Of a DNA stretch of 64,000 nt, positions 21,083 to 30,741 are shown piece after piece. Within the stretch, counting starts at the first letter, position 1. Every line of letters starts with the position of its first letter. The notes under the pieces are model-generated. The model saw only the letters and a program-made list of their open reading frames with translations, had not been told where the DNA came from and ran no database searches. Origin of the DNA: Candidatus Eiseniibacteriota bacterium (GTDB taxonomy: Bacteria; Eisenbacteria; RBG-16-71-46); assembly GCA_963707915.1 (NCBI GenBank), contig OY970178.1, positions 64,001 through 128,000 of the forward strand, in the 5' to 3' direction. A program made the position numbers and the translations under genes.

Positions 21083-22786
21083 TCAGGCGGTGGCCGCGCG
21101 CGAGGCCGGGCGTGGCTCGAACGGGCTCAGCGCGAGGCCGACGAGCATCACCACCGCGCAGCCAACGAGGTTGTACCAGAGGAACGAGATGTGGGTGTAG
21201 TGGAAGCAGGCGAGCACGCAGGCCTCGCCCGCGATCGCCCCGGCGAAGACCGCGCGCGCGCCCACCCGCCTCAGGTAGAACGCGGTGAGGAAGATGCCGA
21301 GGATGGTGCCGTAGAACAGCGAACCCAGGATGTTCACCGCCTCGATCAGCGAGCCGAGCCGGCTCGCGTACTCGGCGAAGGCGACCGCGAACGCGGTCCA
21401 GCCCACGGTGAGCCACCGCGACCAGCGCACCTCGTGGCCGCCGACGCCCCCGCGGCGGAAGTGCCGCACCACGTCGACCAGCGAGGTCGAGGCCAGCGCG
21501 TTGAGTTCCGAGGAGGTGGAGTTCATCGACGCCGCGAAGATCGCCGCCAGCAGCAGCCCCACGACGCCCGCCGGCAGGACGTGCAGCACGAACCAGAGGA
21601 AGACGTAGTTGGTGTCGCTGGTCTGCGTGCCGGGAGCGGCGCGGCGGATGAGCGCCTCGGTCTCGCCGCGCAGGGCCGTCGCGGCCCGGCGGGTGTCGGC
21701 GAGCGCGCCGGCCGCGGCGTTCTCCGCGCCGCCGTCGCGCGCCTTCCGCGCGGCGACGACCGCGCGCGCCGCCTCGGCCGCGGTCGCATCGGTTGCGCGG
21801 TGGCGCGCCTCGAGCGAACGCCACTCGGTCGCGTAGGGCCCGCTCGCGATGCGCGCCGAGACGACGGGGTTGAAGAACAGCGGCGCGGGCGCGAACAGGT
21901 AGAACACGGCCAGCATTGCCCCGAGGAACAGGATGCCGAGCTGCATCGGCACCTTGAGCAGCCCGTTGGCGAGCAGCGCGAGCCGGCTGGCGCGCACCGA
22001 GTGGCCGCCGAGATAGCGCCCCACCTGCGACTGGTCGGTGCCGAAGTAGGAGAGCTGCAGGAAGAACCCGCCGATCAGTCCGGACCACAGGTTGTAGCGG
22101 TCGTCGAGATCGAAGCGGGTCTGGATCGGGTTGAGCCGCCCCAGCCGCCCGGCCAGCGCGGTGGCGTCCCCGATGCCGACGCCCTGCGGCAGCGCGCGCA
22201 GGATCAGCGCGAACGCCAGCCCCATCGCGCCCATGATGACGAGGAACTGCAGCGCGTGCGCGTGACCCACCGCCTTGCTGCCGCCCCAGGCGGTGTAGGC
22301 CACGGCCAGTGCGCCGAGCAGGGCGCAGGTCCAGGGCAGCTCCCAGTCGAGCAACACCGAGAGCACCAGCGCCGGCGCGTAGATCGTGAGCCCCACCGCG
22401 AGTCCGCGCTGCACCAGGAAGAGCGCGGCGGTCAGCAGGCGCGTGCGCCGGTCGAAGCGGTGCTCGAGGTACTCGTAGGCGGTGAACACCTTCATGCGGT
22501 GGTAGGCCGGCACCATCGTGAGGCACAGCACCACCATGGCGAGCGGCAGGCCGAAGTAGAACTGCACGAAACGCAGCCCGTCGGCGAAGCCCTGCCCCGG
22601 CGTCGAGAGGAAGGTGATGGCGCTGGCCTGGGTCGCCATCACCGAGAGCAGCACGGTGATGCCGCGCAGCTCGCGGTTGGCCAGCAGGTAGCCCTTCAGG
22701 TCGTGCGTGCCGCGCCCGCGCCACAGGCCGTAGGCGACGAAGACTCCCAGCGTGGCGAACAGAACCACCCAGTCGAGCGGTGTCAT
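21083..22786 (-). CDS. Sodium:solute symporter (SSS) family transporter
   Basis: Motifs 'SVMATQASAITFLSTPG', 'TAYEYLEHRF', 'GTDQSQVGRYL' and 'AAIFAASMNS'. Confidence 0.92.
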   Translation of the reverse strand: MTPLDWVVLFATLGVFVAYGLWRGRGTHDLKGYLLANRELRGITVLLSVMATQASAITFLSTPGQGFADGLRFVQFYFGLPLAMVVLCLTMVPAYHRMKVFTAYEYLEHRFDRRTRLLTAALFLVQRGLAVGLTIYAPALVLSVLLDWELPWTCALLGALAVAYTAWGGSKAVGHAHALQFLVIMGAMGLAFALILRALPQGVGIGDATALAGRLGRLNPIQTRFDLDDRYNLWSGLIGGFFLQLSYFGTDQSQVGRYLGGHSVRASRLALLANGLLKVPMQLGILFLGAMLAVFYLFAPAPLFFNPVVSARIASGPYATEWRSLEARHRATDATAAEAARAVVAARKARDGGAENAAAGALADTRRAATALRGETEALIRRAAPGTQTSDTNYVFLWFVLHVLPAGVVGLLLAAIFAASMNSTSSELNALASTSLVDVVRHFRRGGVGGHEVRWSRWLTVGWTAFAVAFAEYASRLGSLIEAVNILGSLFYGTILGIFLTAFYLRRVGARAVFAGAIAGEACVLACFHYTHISFLWYNLVGCAVVMLVGLALSPFEPRPASRAATA

Positions 22787-22844
22787 GTTTCGGGCGCGGC
22801 CCGTGCCGGGCCGGGAAGGCGCGCGCCGGGAGCGGCCGCCCCGC

Positions 22845-25421
22845 TCACCGCGGCGCGCTCACCAGGTTCGCGAACAGGCGCCACGCGCCGGGCACGCCCG
22901 CCGGCAGCTGGCGGAACAGGGCGAGCGCGGTGTAGACGAACACGCCCTTGCCGTAGTTCGCGCAGAGCAGGCCGCCGTCCCGCGGCGGCTCGCCGGGGTC
23001 GTTCGCGGACAGCACCGCCTCGTAGCGCGGGTCCCAGGGGCCCGCGTAGTTCAGGCCGCGCTCCTGCACCCAGCCCGCGAAGTCGCTGCTCGTGATCGGG
23101 TTGGGTGTGCGCAACAGCGGGTGCGCGGGCTGGAGGAAGCGCATCTCGGCGTCCTCGACCGCCACGCGGTCGCGGGATATGCGCAGCGGCCACGGCCCGA
23201 GCCGGTCGTTCAGCGCGTCGTCGCTGGTGCAGTACTGCACCACCAGCCGGCCGCCGTTCTTCACGTACTCGAGCAGCCGCGGCTGGAGCACGCGCAGCCG
23301 GGGCCGCGTGTTGTAGGCGCGCACTCCGGCGACGATGCAATCGAAGCGGGACAGGTCCGCGCTCTCGACCGCGTCGTCGTCGAGCAGCGTGACATCGAAG
23401 CCCATCTGGCGCAGCGCGTCCGGCCCCTGGTCCCCGGGTCCCATCAGGTAGGCGACCCACTGGCCGCGCTTCGCGAGGTCGGTGTGCACCAGGTGCGCCT
23501 CGCAGGGCGAGAGCAGCGCCTGGATCGGGACGTGCGGGTAGTCGATGCGGGTGAGGCTGCCGGCGTAGCGACGGCCCTGGACCTCGACCTCGCCGCCGAT
23601 GACGCCGGTCTGCGGTCCGGGCCCCGCCGTGACGCGGAAGCGCACGACCTGTTCGGCGCCCGCCTCGAGCGCCACCGGTGATTCGACGGGCACCGCACTC
23701 CAGCCCGCGGGCAGCTTCAGTCGCGCGACGCCCGTGAGCGGCGCGCGGGTGCTCTGCACCGCCAGGCGCACTTCGCGTGGCCCTGGAGCGGCGAACAGGT
23801 AAGCGCTCTGGTCGAGCTGGCAGGTGACGGGCGGCAGCACTTCGACCGCGCGATAGCGGTCGCCGTAGACGCGGTCGGTCCACTTGAACGCGACCGGCAC
23901 GTCGAAGGTGACCGGCTCGCCGTCGAAGTTCACGATCACGCGTGCCGTGAGCGCCGGCGCTTCCTCCGGCTCGACCACCAGCAGCGGGTCGGCGACCTCG
24001 AACGAGCCGGCGAGCGGGCGCTCGCGCAGCCAGTAGGGCTGCGTGAACGGCAGGTCGGCGGGCAGGACCAGACTCCCCAGGACCACGGCCGGCCGTTGCG
24101 CGACCAGCGCGCGCGCCACGCTGTCGGCGGGCGCGGTGGGGTCGGGCTGCGGGCGCGGTGGCGTGGCGCCGGGGCCCGACGGCGCCGCCGGCGGCGCCGG
24201 CAGCGCGTGGAACGCGCGCGCGCCGAAGGGCAGTGCGACGCGGTCCAGCGTGAGCGGCGCGGGCGTGCGGGTGATCGCCGTCAGCGTGACGCGCAGCGTG
24301 TCGCCGGGCGAGAGCGTGGGCGTCTCGGCCAGTGCGTCGATCCACAGGCCGGCGCACGAGCGCATGACGTTCTCGAGTTCCAGGCGCTTCACGCGCACCA
24401 GCGGCTCGTCCGGCACTTCGGCCAGCGCCCGATGGGCCCGGGCCAGCGTCGGCAGGATCTCCCACGGCCGGTCGGGGTCGAAGCGCGCCTCGGCATCACG
24501 CAGCAGTGCCGCTAGCGCCGCTCCGCCTTCGACGCGCGACCAGTCGAGCGTGACGCCGTCGAACAGTTCCCTGGTGGCCGGTTCGCCGTCCAGGTGCTGG
24601 AAGGTCTCGGTGACGGTGCCGCGCCGCTCGCGCGTGCCGGCGCCCTGGCTGCGGTTGAGGCTGCGCGCGCGGCCGCCCAGCTCGGAGTAGGAGAGACCCA
24701 GCTCGGGATCGTAGGCCCCCGCGTCGAGCGTGACCGGTTTCGGCGCGTTCGGATCCTGGCTCGTCATCCAGGTGTTCCAGACCAGGCGCTTCGCCTGCCA
24801 GGTCGTCACGAATCGCAGCTGCTCGGGGAAGCGGGTCGAGTCGGCCGCGGCGCGGAACGCCTCGCCCGCGAGGATCGCCGAGGCGGTGTGGTGGCCGTGT
24901 CCGCTGCCGCTCGCGTCCGTGCCGAAGCGCGACACGAGGACGTCGGGGCGGTAGCGCCGGATCGCCCACACGACGTCCGCCAGGACGCGGTCGTGCCCCC
25001 AGAAGGCGAGCGCCTCTTCGGCGCTCTTGGAGAAGCCGTAGTCGAGCGCTCGGGTGAAGTACTGCTCCGCGCCGTCCACGCGGCGCGAGGCCAGCAGTTC
25101 CTGGGTGCGCAGCACGCCGAGCGCGTTGCCGGTCTCGGCGCCGAGGATGTTCTGGCCGCCGTCGCCGCGGGTGAGCGAGAGGTACGCGGCGCGCACCATG
25201 CGGCCGCGCGAGAGGTACGCGAGCAGCGTGGTGTTGTCGTCGTCGGGGTGCGCGCCGATGTACAGCAGGCTGCCGGTGACCTGCAGCCGGCGCAGGGCGA
25301 CGCGCAGTTCGCCGGCATCGAGGGCATCGGCCGGGCGCGGGTCCGCGCCGGCGCAGAGCGCGGTCACGGCCAGCAGCACGGCCGGGAGCATGGCGACGAG
25401 AGATCTCAGGAACCTGGGCAT
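22845..25421 (-). CDS. Secreted PIG-L/LmbE family deacetylase with NEW3-like and GATase-like C-terminal domains
   Basis: Signal peptide. Motifs 'GAHPDDD', 'LTRGDGGQN', 'HGHH', 'WVQERGL' and 'FRQLPAGVPGAWRLFANL'. Confidence 0.88.
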   Translation of the reverse strand: MPRFLRSLVAMLPAVLLAVTALCAGADPRPADALDAGELRVALRRLQVTGSLLYIGAHPDDDNTTLLAYLSRGRMVRAAYLSLTRGDGGQNILGAETGNALGVLRTQELLASRRVDGAEQYFTRALDYGFSKSAEEALAFWGHDRVLADVVWAIRRYRPDVLVSRFGTDASGSGHGHHTASAILAGEAFRAAADSTRFPEQLRFVTTWQAKRLVWNTWMTSQDPNAPKPVTLDAGAYDPELGLSYSELGGRARSLNRSQGAGTRERRGTVTETFQHLDGEPATRELFDGVTLDWSRVEGGAALAALLRDAEARFDPDRPWEILPTLARAHRALAEVPDEPLVRVKRLELENVMRSCAGLWIDALAETPTLSPGDTLRVTLTAITRTPAPLTLDRVALPFGARAFHALPAPPAAPSGPGATPPRPQPDPTAPADSVARALVAQRPAVVLGSLVLPADLPFTQPYWLRERPLAGSFEVADPLLVVEPEEAPALTARVIVNFDGEPVTFDVPVAFKWTDRVYGDRYRAVEVLPPVTCQLDQSAYLFAAPGPREVRLAVQSTRAPLTGVARLKLPAGWSAVPVESPVALEAGAEQVVRFRVTAGPGPQTGVIGGEVEVQGRRYAGSLTRIDYPHVPIQALLSPCEAHLVHTDLAKRGQWVAYLMGPGDQGPDALRQMGFDVTLLDDDAVESADLSRFDCIVAGVRAYNTRPRLRVLQPRLLEYVKNGGRLVVQYCTSDDALNDRLGPWPLRISRDRVAVEDAEMRFLQPAHPLLRTPNPITSSDFAGWVQERGLNYAGPWDPRYEAVLSANDPGEPPRDGGLLCANYGKGVFVYTALALFRQLPAGVPGAWRLFANLVSAPR

Positions 25422-25715
25422 GCCGGAACGTCCTTCGCAGGAGCCGCGGGAGTCTTCGCGCAGCCGCCCGGCGGAACCCCGGAGGCTGCGTTCGATCGTG
25501 GACGAGGCATCCTACCGCAAGGTTGGCGCGCCGGGCGAGCGTGGATCGAAGGGGCGCGGCCGGTGCCCGTATCCCTTGGCAAGGCTGTGACGCACCCTTG
25601 CGCCCAGGCTTCCATCAGAAGGGTAGGAAGCAGACGGACGCCTGATCCCTGTTGCCCTGTGAGCCCTGCGACCCGGCCCGGCCTGTGCGGCGCCGGCATG
25701 AAGGGGGTTGTTGCC

Positions 25716-26582
25716 ATGACGATTGTGAAGCCCGTACTCGAGATCTCCGGGCCGCTCTCGACCCACTGGGTCGGGAACGGCTTCCCCGTCCGCACGCTGA
25801 TCTCCCCCCAGGTCCAGGGCGTCAGCCCGTTCCTGCTGCTCGACTACGCCGGTCCCCGCGAGTTCGCCCCCACCGAGGAGCGGCGCGGCGTCGAGGAGCA
25901 CCCACATCGGGGATTCGAGACCGTGACCATCGTCTACCAGGGCGCGCTCGAGCATCGCGACTCGGCCGGCCACCGCGGCCGGATCGGGCCCGGCGACGTG
26001 CAGTGGATGACCGCCGCCTCGGGCATCGTCCACGAAGAGCTGCACGAGCGCGAGTTCGCGCGGCGCGGCGGCGTGTTCGAGGTGGTGCAGCTCTGGGTGA
26101 ACCTGCCGGCGGCGCAGAAGATGTCGTCGCCCCGCTACCAGGAGCTGGCCGAGGCCCGCATCCCGGTCGTCAGCCTGCCCGGCGGCGCGTACGTGCGGGT
26201 CATCGCCGGCGCGTGCGGGGGCGTCGCCGGCGCGGCGCGCACCGTGACTCCGATGAACGTCTGGGACGTCCGGGTCGCGGCCGGCCGGAAGGCGGACCTC
26301 GAGATCCCCGCCGGGCACAGCGCGGTGCTGGCGCTGCTCCGGGGCGAACTGGTCGTGGATGGCCGGGAACGCCTGGCGGGCCCGCAGACCGCGCGGTTGG
26401 GGCGCGACGGCGACCGGGTCGTGCTCGAGGCGCAGAGCGACGCCGGCCTGTTGCTGCTCACGGGCGAGCCGCTGGAGGAGCCGATCGCCAGCTACGGTCC
26501 GTTCGTGATGAACACCGAGGCCGAGCTGCACCAGGCGTTCGAGGACTACCGCAGCGGGAAGATGGGGCACCTGGCCGGCTGA
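25716..26582 (+). CDS. Pirin family protein
   Basis: Motifs 'PFLLLD', 'HPHRGFETVT', 'HRDSAG', 'QWMTAASGIVHEE', 'QLWVNLP' and 'GPFVMNT'. Confidence 0.93.
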   Translation: MTIVKPVLEISGPLSTHWVGNGFPVRTLISPQVQGVSPFLLLDYAGPREFAPTEERRGVEEHPHRGFETVTIVYQGALEHRDSAGHRGRIGPGDVQWMTAASGIVHEELHEREFARRGGVFEVVQLWVNLPAAQKMSSPRYQELAEARIPVVSLPGGAYVRVIAGACGGVAGAARTVTPMNVWDVRVAAGRKADLEIPAGHSAVLALLRGELVVDGRERLAGPQTARLGRDGDRVVLEAQSDAGLLLLTGEPLEEPIASYGPFVMNTEAELHQAFEDYRSGKMGHLAG

Positions 26583-26664
26583 GGCACCTGCCGGCCGCCG
26601 TCTCCCCGCGCGGGATGTTCGAAACCAGTCTACAGGCCGGGCCGCGTGAAGGGAGATCAGACAG

Positions 26665-28091
26665 ATGGCTGACGTGAGCGTAAGGACACGCGAAGGCGCG
26701 ACGACCGTCATCGCCTCCACGGCGATCGAAGGGCTGCGTGGCAGGCTGCGCGGCCCGGTGTGCCTCCCGGGCGAGCCCGGATACGAGCAGGCGCGCACCC
26801 TCTGGAATGCCATGATCGACCGCCACCCCGCGCTGGTGGTGCGCGCCGCCGGAACCGCCGACGTCATCCAGACCGTCGGCTTCGCTCGCGAGCACGGCCT
26901 GATGCTGGCAGTGCGAGGGGGTGGCCACAACATCGCCGGCCTGGCGGTGTGCGAGGGCGGACTGCTGCTCGACCTGTCCACGCTGAAGTCGGTCCGTGTG
27001 GACCCGGAGGGTCGCACGGCGCGCGTCGAGCCGGGGGCGACCTTGGGGGATTTCGACCGCGAGGCGCAGGCATTCGGGCTCGCCACCCCGCTCGGCATCA
27101 ACTCGACGACGGGGGTCGGGGGACTCACTCTGGGAGGCGGTTTCGGCTGGCTGAGCCGGAAGTACGGGCTGGCGATCGACAACCTGCTCTCCGCTGACGT
27201 GGTTTCCGCCGACGGCAGGCTGCTCAAGGCGAGCGCCCAGGAGAACCCCGACCTGTTCTGGGCGATCCGCGGCGGGGGCGGGAACTTCGGCGTGGTGACT
27301 TCGTTCGAGTTCCGGCTGCACCCGGTCGGGCCGGAGGTGATCGCCGGGCTCATCGTCCACCCGTTGTCGGAGGCGAAGTCACTGCTCGAAGGATATCGCC
27401 GGATCGTGGCCGCCGCGCCCGACGAGCTGACCTGCTGGGTGGTGCTGCGCAAGGCGCCGCCGCTGCCGTTCCTGCCGCCGGAGGTCCACGGCACCGGGGT
27501 CATGGTCCTCGCCGTCTGCCATTCCGGCGACCTGCAGTCCGGGAGGAAGGCGATCGCCCCGCTGCAGGCGCTGGGCAAGCCCATCGCCGACGTGACCGGG
27601 CCCACCCCGTTCGCGGGCTGGCAGACCGCGTTCGATCCCCTGCTCACGCCCGGGGCGAGGAACTACTGGAAGTCCCACAACTTCGTCCGCTCGGTGACGG
27701 CGCGATCGACGTGCTGGTCGACCAGGCCGGCCGTCTCCCGTCGCCCGAATGCGAGGTCTTCGTCGGCAGCCTGGGGCGCGCGGTGAATCGGGTCCCGGCG
27801 ACCGCGACCGCCTACCCGCACCGCGACGTCGAGTTCGTGGTGAACATCCACACGCGCTGGCGCGATCAAGCGCAGGACCCGGAGTGCACCGCCTGGGCGC
27901 GGGGAGCGTTCGATGCGCTGGCGCCCCATGCCACCGGCGGGGTCTACGTGAACTTCATGCCCGAGGACGAGAGCCAGCGGGTCCAGGCTGGCGCCTACGG
28001 GCCCAACTACGCGCGGTTGGCGAAGCTCAAGGCGACGTATGACCCGCAGAACCTGTTCCGCCAGAACCACAACGTGCAGCCGGTGAAGTAG
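26665..28091 (+). CDS. FAD-binding oxidoreductase (VAO/BBE family), frameshifted near 27690
   Basis: Motifs 'VRGGGHN' and 'LFWAIRGGGGNFGVVT'. The BBE C-terminus 'YVNF...YDPQNLFRQN' lies in another frame (27711..28091); one base appears missing. Confidence 0.85.
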
Positions 28092-28193
28092 TCCAGCGCG
28101 GATCGAGTTCCCCCACGGGCGGGCCCGGGACCATTCGGCCTCCGGGCCCGTGCCGGTCCTCGACCCGTGGGCGCGCACGGGCGCCGCGCCGGC

Positions 28194-29423
28194 TCAGCCG
28201 AAGAACAGGTAGCAGACCAGGATCGCCGCCACCACGCCGGCCGCGTCGGCCGCCAGCCCGCAGCCCAGCGCGTGTCGCGTGCGCTTCACGCCGACCGAGC
28301 CGAAGTAGACCGCGAGGATGTAGAACGTGGTCTCGGTGCTGCCCTGGATCACGCACGACAGCCGGCCCGCGAACGAATCGGGGCCGAGCGTCTTCATGGT
28401 CTCGACCATCAGGCCGCGCGCCCCGCTGCCGCTGAGCGGCTTGATCAGCGCCACCGGCAGGGCGTCGACCCAGCGGGTGTCGAGCGCCAGCGCGCCCACC
28501 CCGGCGCGCACGCCGCCGAGCAGCGCCTCGAGCGCGCCGCTGGCGCGCAGCGCTCCGACCGCCACCAGGATGGCGACCAGGTAGGGGACGATCCCGACCG
28601 CGACCTGGAAGCCCTCCTTCGCGCCCTCGACGAAGGTCTCGTAGAGCGGAACCCGGCGGCGCGCGCCGGCGGCCAGGAACAGCACGATCACGCTCAGCAG
28701 CATCGCGTTCGCCAGCAGGGCCGACTGCCGGCCGACCTCGGCGGCGTCGAGCCGGGCGAAGTACCAGACCAGCCCGCCCACCACGGCGGTGAGCAGGCCG
28801 AGCCAGCCCACCACCACCCGGTTCCAGAGGTTCAGGCGCTGGATCGCCGCCGTGACCAGCAGGCCGCACATCGTGCTGCAGTAGGTGGCGATCAGGATCG
28901 GGACGAAGACGTCGGTCGGGTCGGCCGCCCCGAGTTGGGCGCGGAACGTGAAGATGGTCATCGGCAGCACCGTCACCGACGAGGCGTTGATCACCATGAA
29001 GAGGATCATCTCGTCGGTGGCGCGCTCGGGCTCGGAGTTGAGCGTCTGCAGCTCGCGCATCGCCTTCAGGCCGAGCGGGGTCGCCGCGTTGTCGAGGCCG
29101 AGCGCGTTGGCCGAGAGGTTCATCACGATGGCACCCGCGGCCGGGTGCCCGTCGGGCAGGCCGGGGAACAGACGCCGGAACAGCGGCCGGAACGCGCGCG
29201 CGATCGCCTCGACCACGCCGCCCTTCTCGCCGATGCGCATCAGGCCGAGCCACAGGCTCATCACGCCGGTCAGGCCCAGGGCGATCTCGAAGCCGGTCTT
29301 CGCCGAGTCGAACAGCGCGCCGACCACGTCGCGGAAGACGTCCGGCCGGCCGAACACCAGCGCCTGCACGATGGCGGCGGCGAAGGCCACCACGAAGAAC
29401 GCGGCCCAGATCCAGTTGAGCAT
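28194..29423 (-). CDS. Fused SpmA/SpmB (nucleoside-recognition Gate domain) membrane protein
   Basis: Starts MLNWIW. Motifs 'ANALGLDNAATPLGLKAM', 'FVEGAKEGF', 'KPLSGSGARG' and 'GSTETTFYILAVYFG'. Confidence 0.9.
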   Translation of the reverse strand: MLNWIWAAFFVVAFAAAIVQALVFGRPDVFRDVVGALFDSAKTGFEIALGLTGVMSLWLGLMRIGEKGGVVEAIARAFRPLFRRLFPGLPDGHPAAGAIVMNLSANALGLDNAATPLGLKAMRELQTLNSEPERATDEMILFMVINASSVTVLPMTIFTFRAQLGAADPTDVFVPILIATYCSTMCGLLVTAAIQRLNLWNRVVVGWLGLLTAVVGGLVWYFARLDAAEVGRQSALLANAMLLSVIVLFLAAGARRRVPLYETFVEGAKEGFQVAVGIVPYLVAILVAVGALRASGALEALLGGVRAGVGALALDTRWVDALPVALIKPLSGSGARGLMVETMKTLGPDSFAGRLSCVIQGSTETTFYILAVYFGSVGVKRTRHALGCGLAADAAGVVAAILVCYLFFG

Positions 29424-29554
29424 GGGCGGCAGCATAAGCGAAGCCGGCGCGCAGGTCATGCGCCGGGCGCCGGTGCCGGCGGCGGCGGGCGGCGAGCGGC
29501 CGCGGCGAGCGGGGGGAGGGGGTCCCGCCGGGCGCTCCGCCAGCGCTCGCACGA

Positions 29555-29580
29555 ACGCCCCCGGGGCAGCCCGGGGGCGT
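29555..29580 (-). terminator. Hairpin downstream of the NmrA-like gene
   Basis: 11-bp stem ACGCCCCCGGG/CCCGGGGGCGT, 26 nt after the stop codon. Confidence 0.5.
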
Positions 29581-29605
29581 CGCGCGCGGAGGATACGCCT
29601 CCGGC

Positions 29606-30508
29606 TCAGGCCTTCGCGCCGGCCTGGGCTGCGGCCTCGACCGCGGGCTTGATCGTGTCGAGCGCGAACTGCCGAAGCGTGGTGGGCGTGGTGGTGTCGG
29701 GCGTCCGCGGCTCGGCCTGCTGGAACACCCCGCTGCCCATGGCCGAGTACATCTCGACATAGGCGTCGGCGACGTAGTCCGGCAGCCCGCTCTCCCGCAT
29801 GGACTGCCTGGCCTGGTCGGCGGTGACCTGGATGAACCGGACCGGCCGTCCCAGCGCTTCACCGACGATCCGCGCGGTCGACTCGTAATCCAGGTCCGCG
29901 GGCCCGTGCAGGCCCAGGATGCGCTGCCCGGTCCAGGTGCCCTCGCCCAGCAGGGCGGCCGCCCGCGCCGCGATGTCGCGCGTCGCGATCTGCGGAAAGC
30001 GAACGTGCCCCGTGATCGGCGCGAAGATCGCGCCCATCGAGCCGATGCTCGCGAGGCTGCCGAGGTGGTTCTCCATGAAGAAGGTGGGCCGCAGGATGAC
30101 CAGATCGGGGAAGCCGGCCTGGAACTCGCGTTCCACCCGGTGCAGCGACGAGATCGGTCCCACGCCACCGGGCACCTGCGCGCTGATGCTGGAGAGCATG
30201 ACCGCGCGCTTGACACCGTTCCGGCGGGCGGTCGCGACGGCGAGCTTCGCCAGGTCGTGGGCCCAGCGCAGGTAGTCGGGGTTCGCCAGGCTGGGGGTGA
30301 CCCAGAACATCGTGTCCACGCCCTGGGTGGCGCGGTCCAGGACGGCCGGATCCTCGAGGGCGCCCTGCACGACGGGGGCCCGCGTGCCGAGGCCCTCCAA
30401 CTTCTGCGGGTGGCGCGCGACCAGGGTGAGGTCGAGGCCGGCGTCGAGCAGGTGCCTGGCGACCTGGCCGCCGACCCTGCCGGTGGGGGTGTTGACGAGG
30501 ATGCGCAT
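29606..30508 (-). CDS. NmrA-like NAD(P)-binding protein (atypical SDR)
   Basis: Starts 'MRILVNTPTGRVGG'. Motifs 'LRPTFFMEN' and 'IATRDIA'. Confidence 0.88.
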   Translation of the reverse strand: MRILVNTPTGRVGGQVARHLLDAGLDLTLVARHPQKLEGLGTRAPVVQGALEDPAVLDRATQGVDTMFWVTPSLANPDYLRWAHDLAKLAVATARRNGVKRAVMLSSISAQVPGGVGPISSLHRVEREFQAGFPDLVILRPTFFMENHLGSLASIGSMGAIFAPITGHVRFPQIATRDIAARAAALLGEGTWTGQRILGLHGPADLDYESTARIVGEALGRPVRFIQVTADQARQSMRESGLPDYVADAYVEMYSAMGSGVFQQAEPRTPDTTTPTTLRQFALDTIKPAVEAAAQAGAKA

Positions 30509-30741
30509 CTGCTGGCTCCAGTGATCGTGTGCGTTGCAGTCCGTGGTCGGTGCGAAGGTTCCGTCCGTCGGCGGCGTCCTGCCCATGACCGGGCCCGGGC
30601 GTCCCGAGCCATTCAGATGCCCCGTGCCCGCGACGGATGCACCGGTGGCCCCGCTGCGCGGGCCGGGGGACGGCGTGCTAGCCTCGACGTCGCCGGGCGC
30701 TGTCCCCGGCGCGCGACCCATCTCGGAGGCCTCGACGACCG

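Noticed and set aside
28194..29423. SpmA/SpmB as evidence of sporulation
   Set aside because: The fused form is widespread in non-sporulating diderm bacteria, and no other sporulation genes are present.
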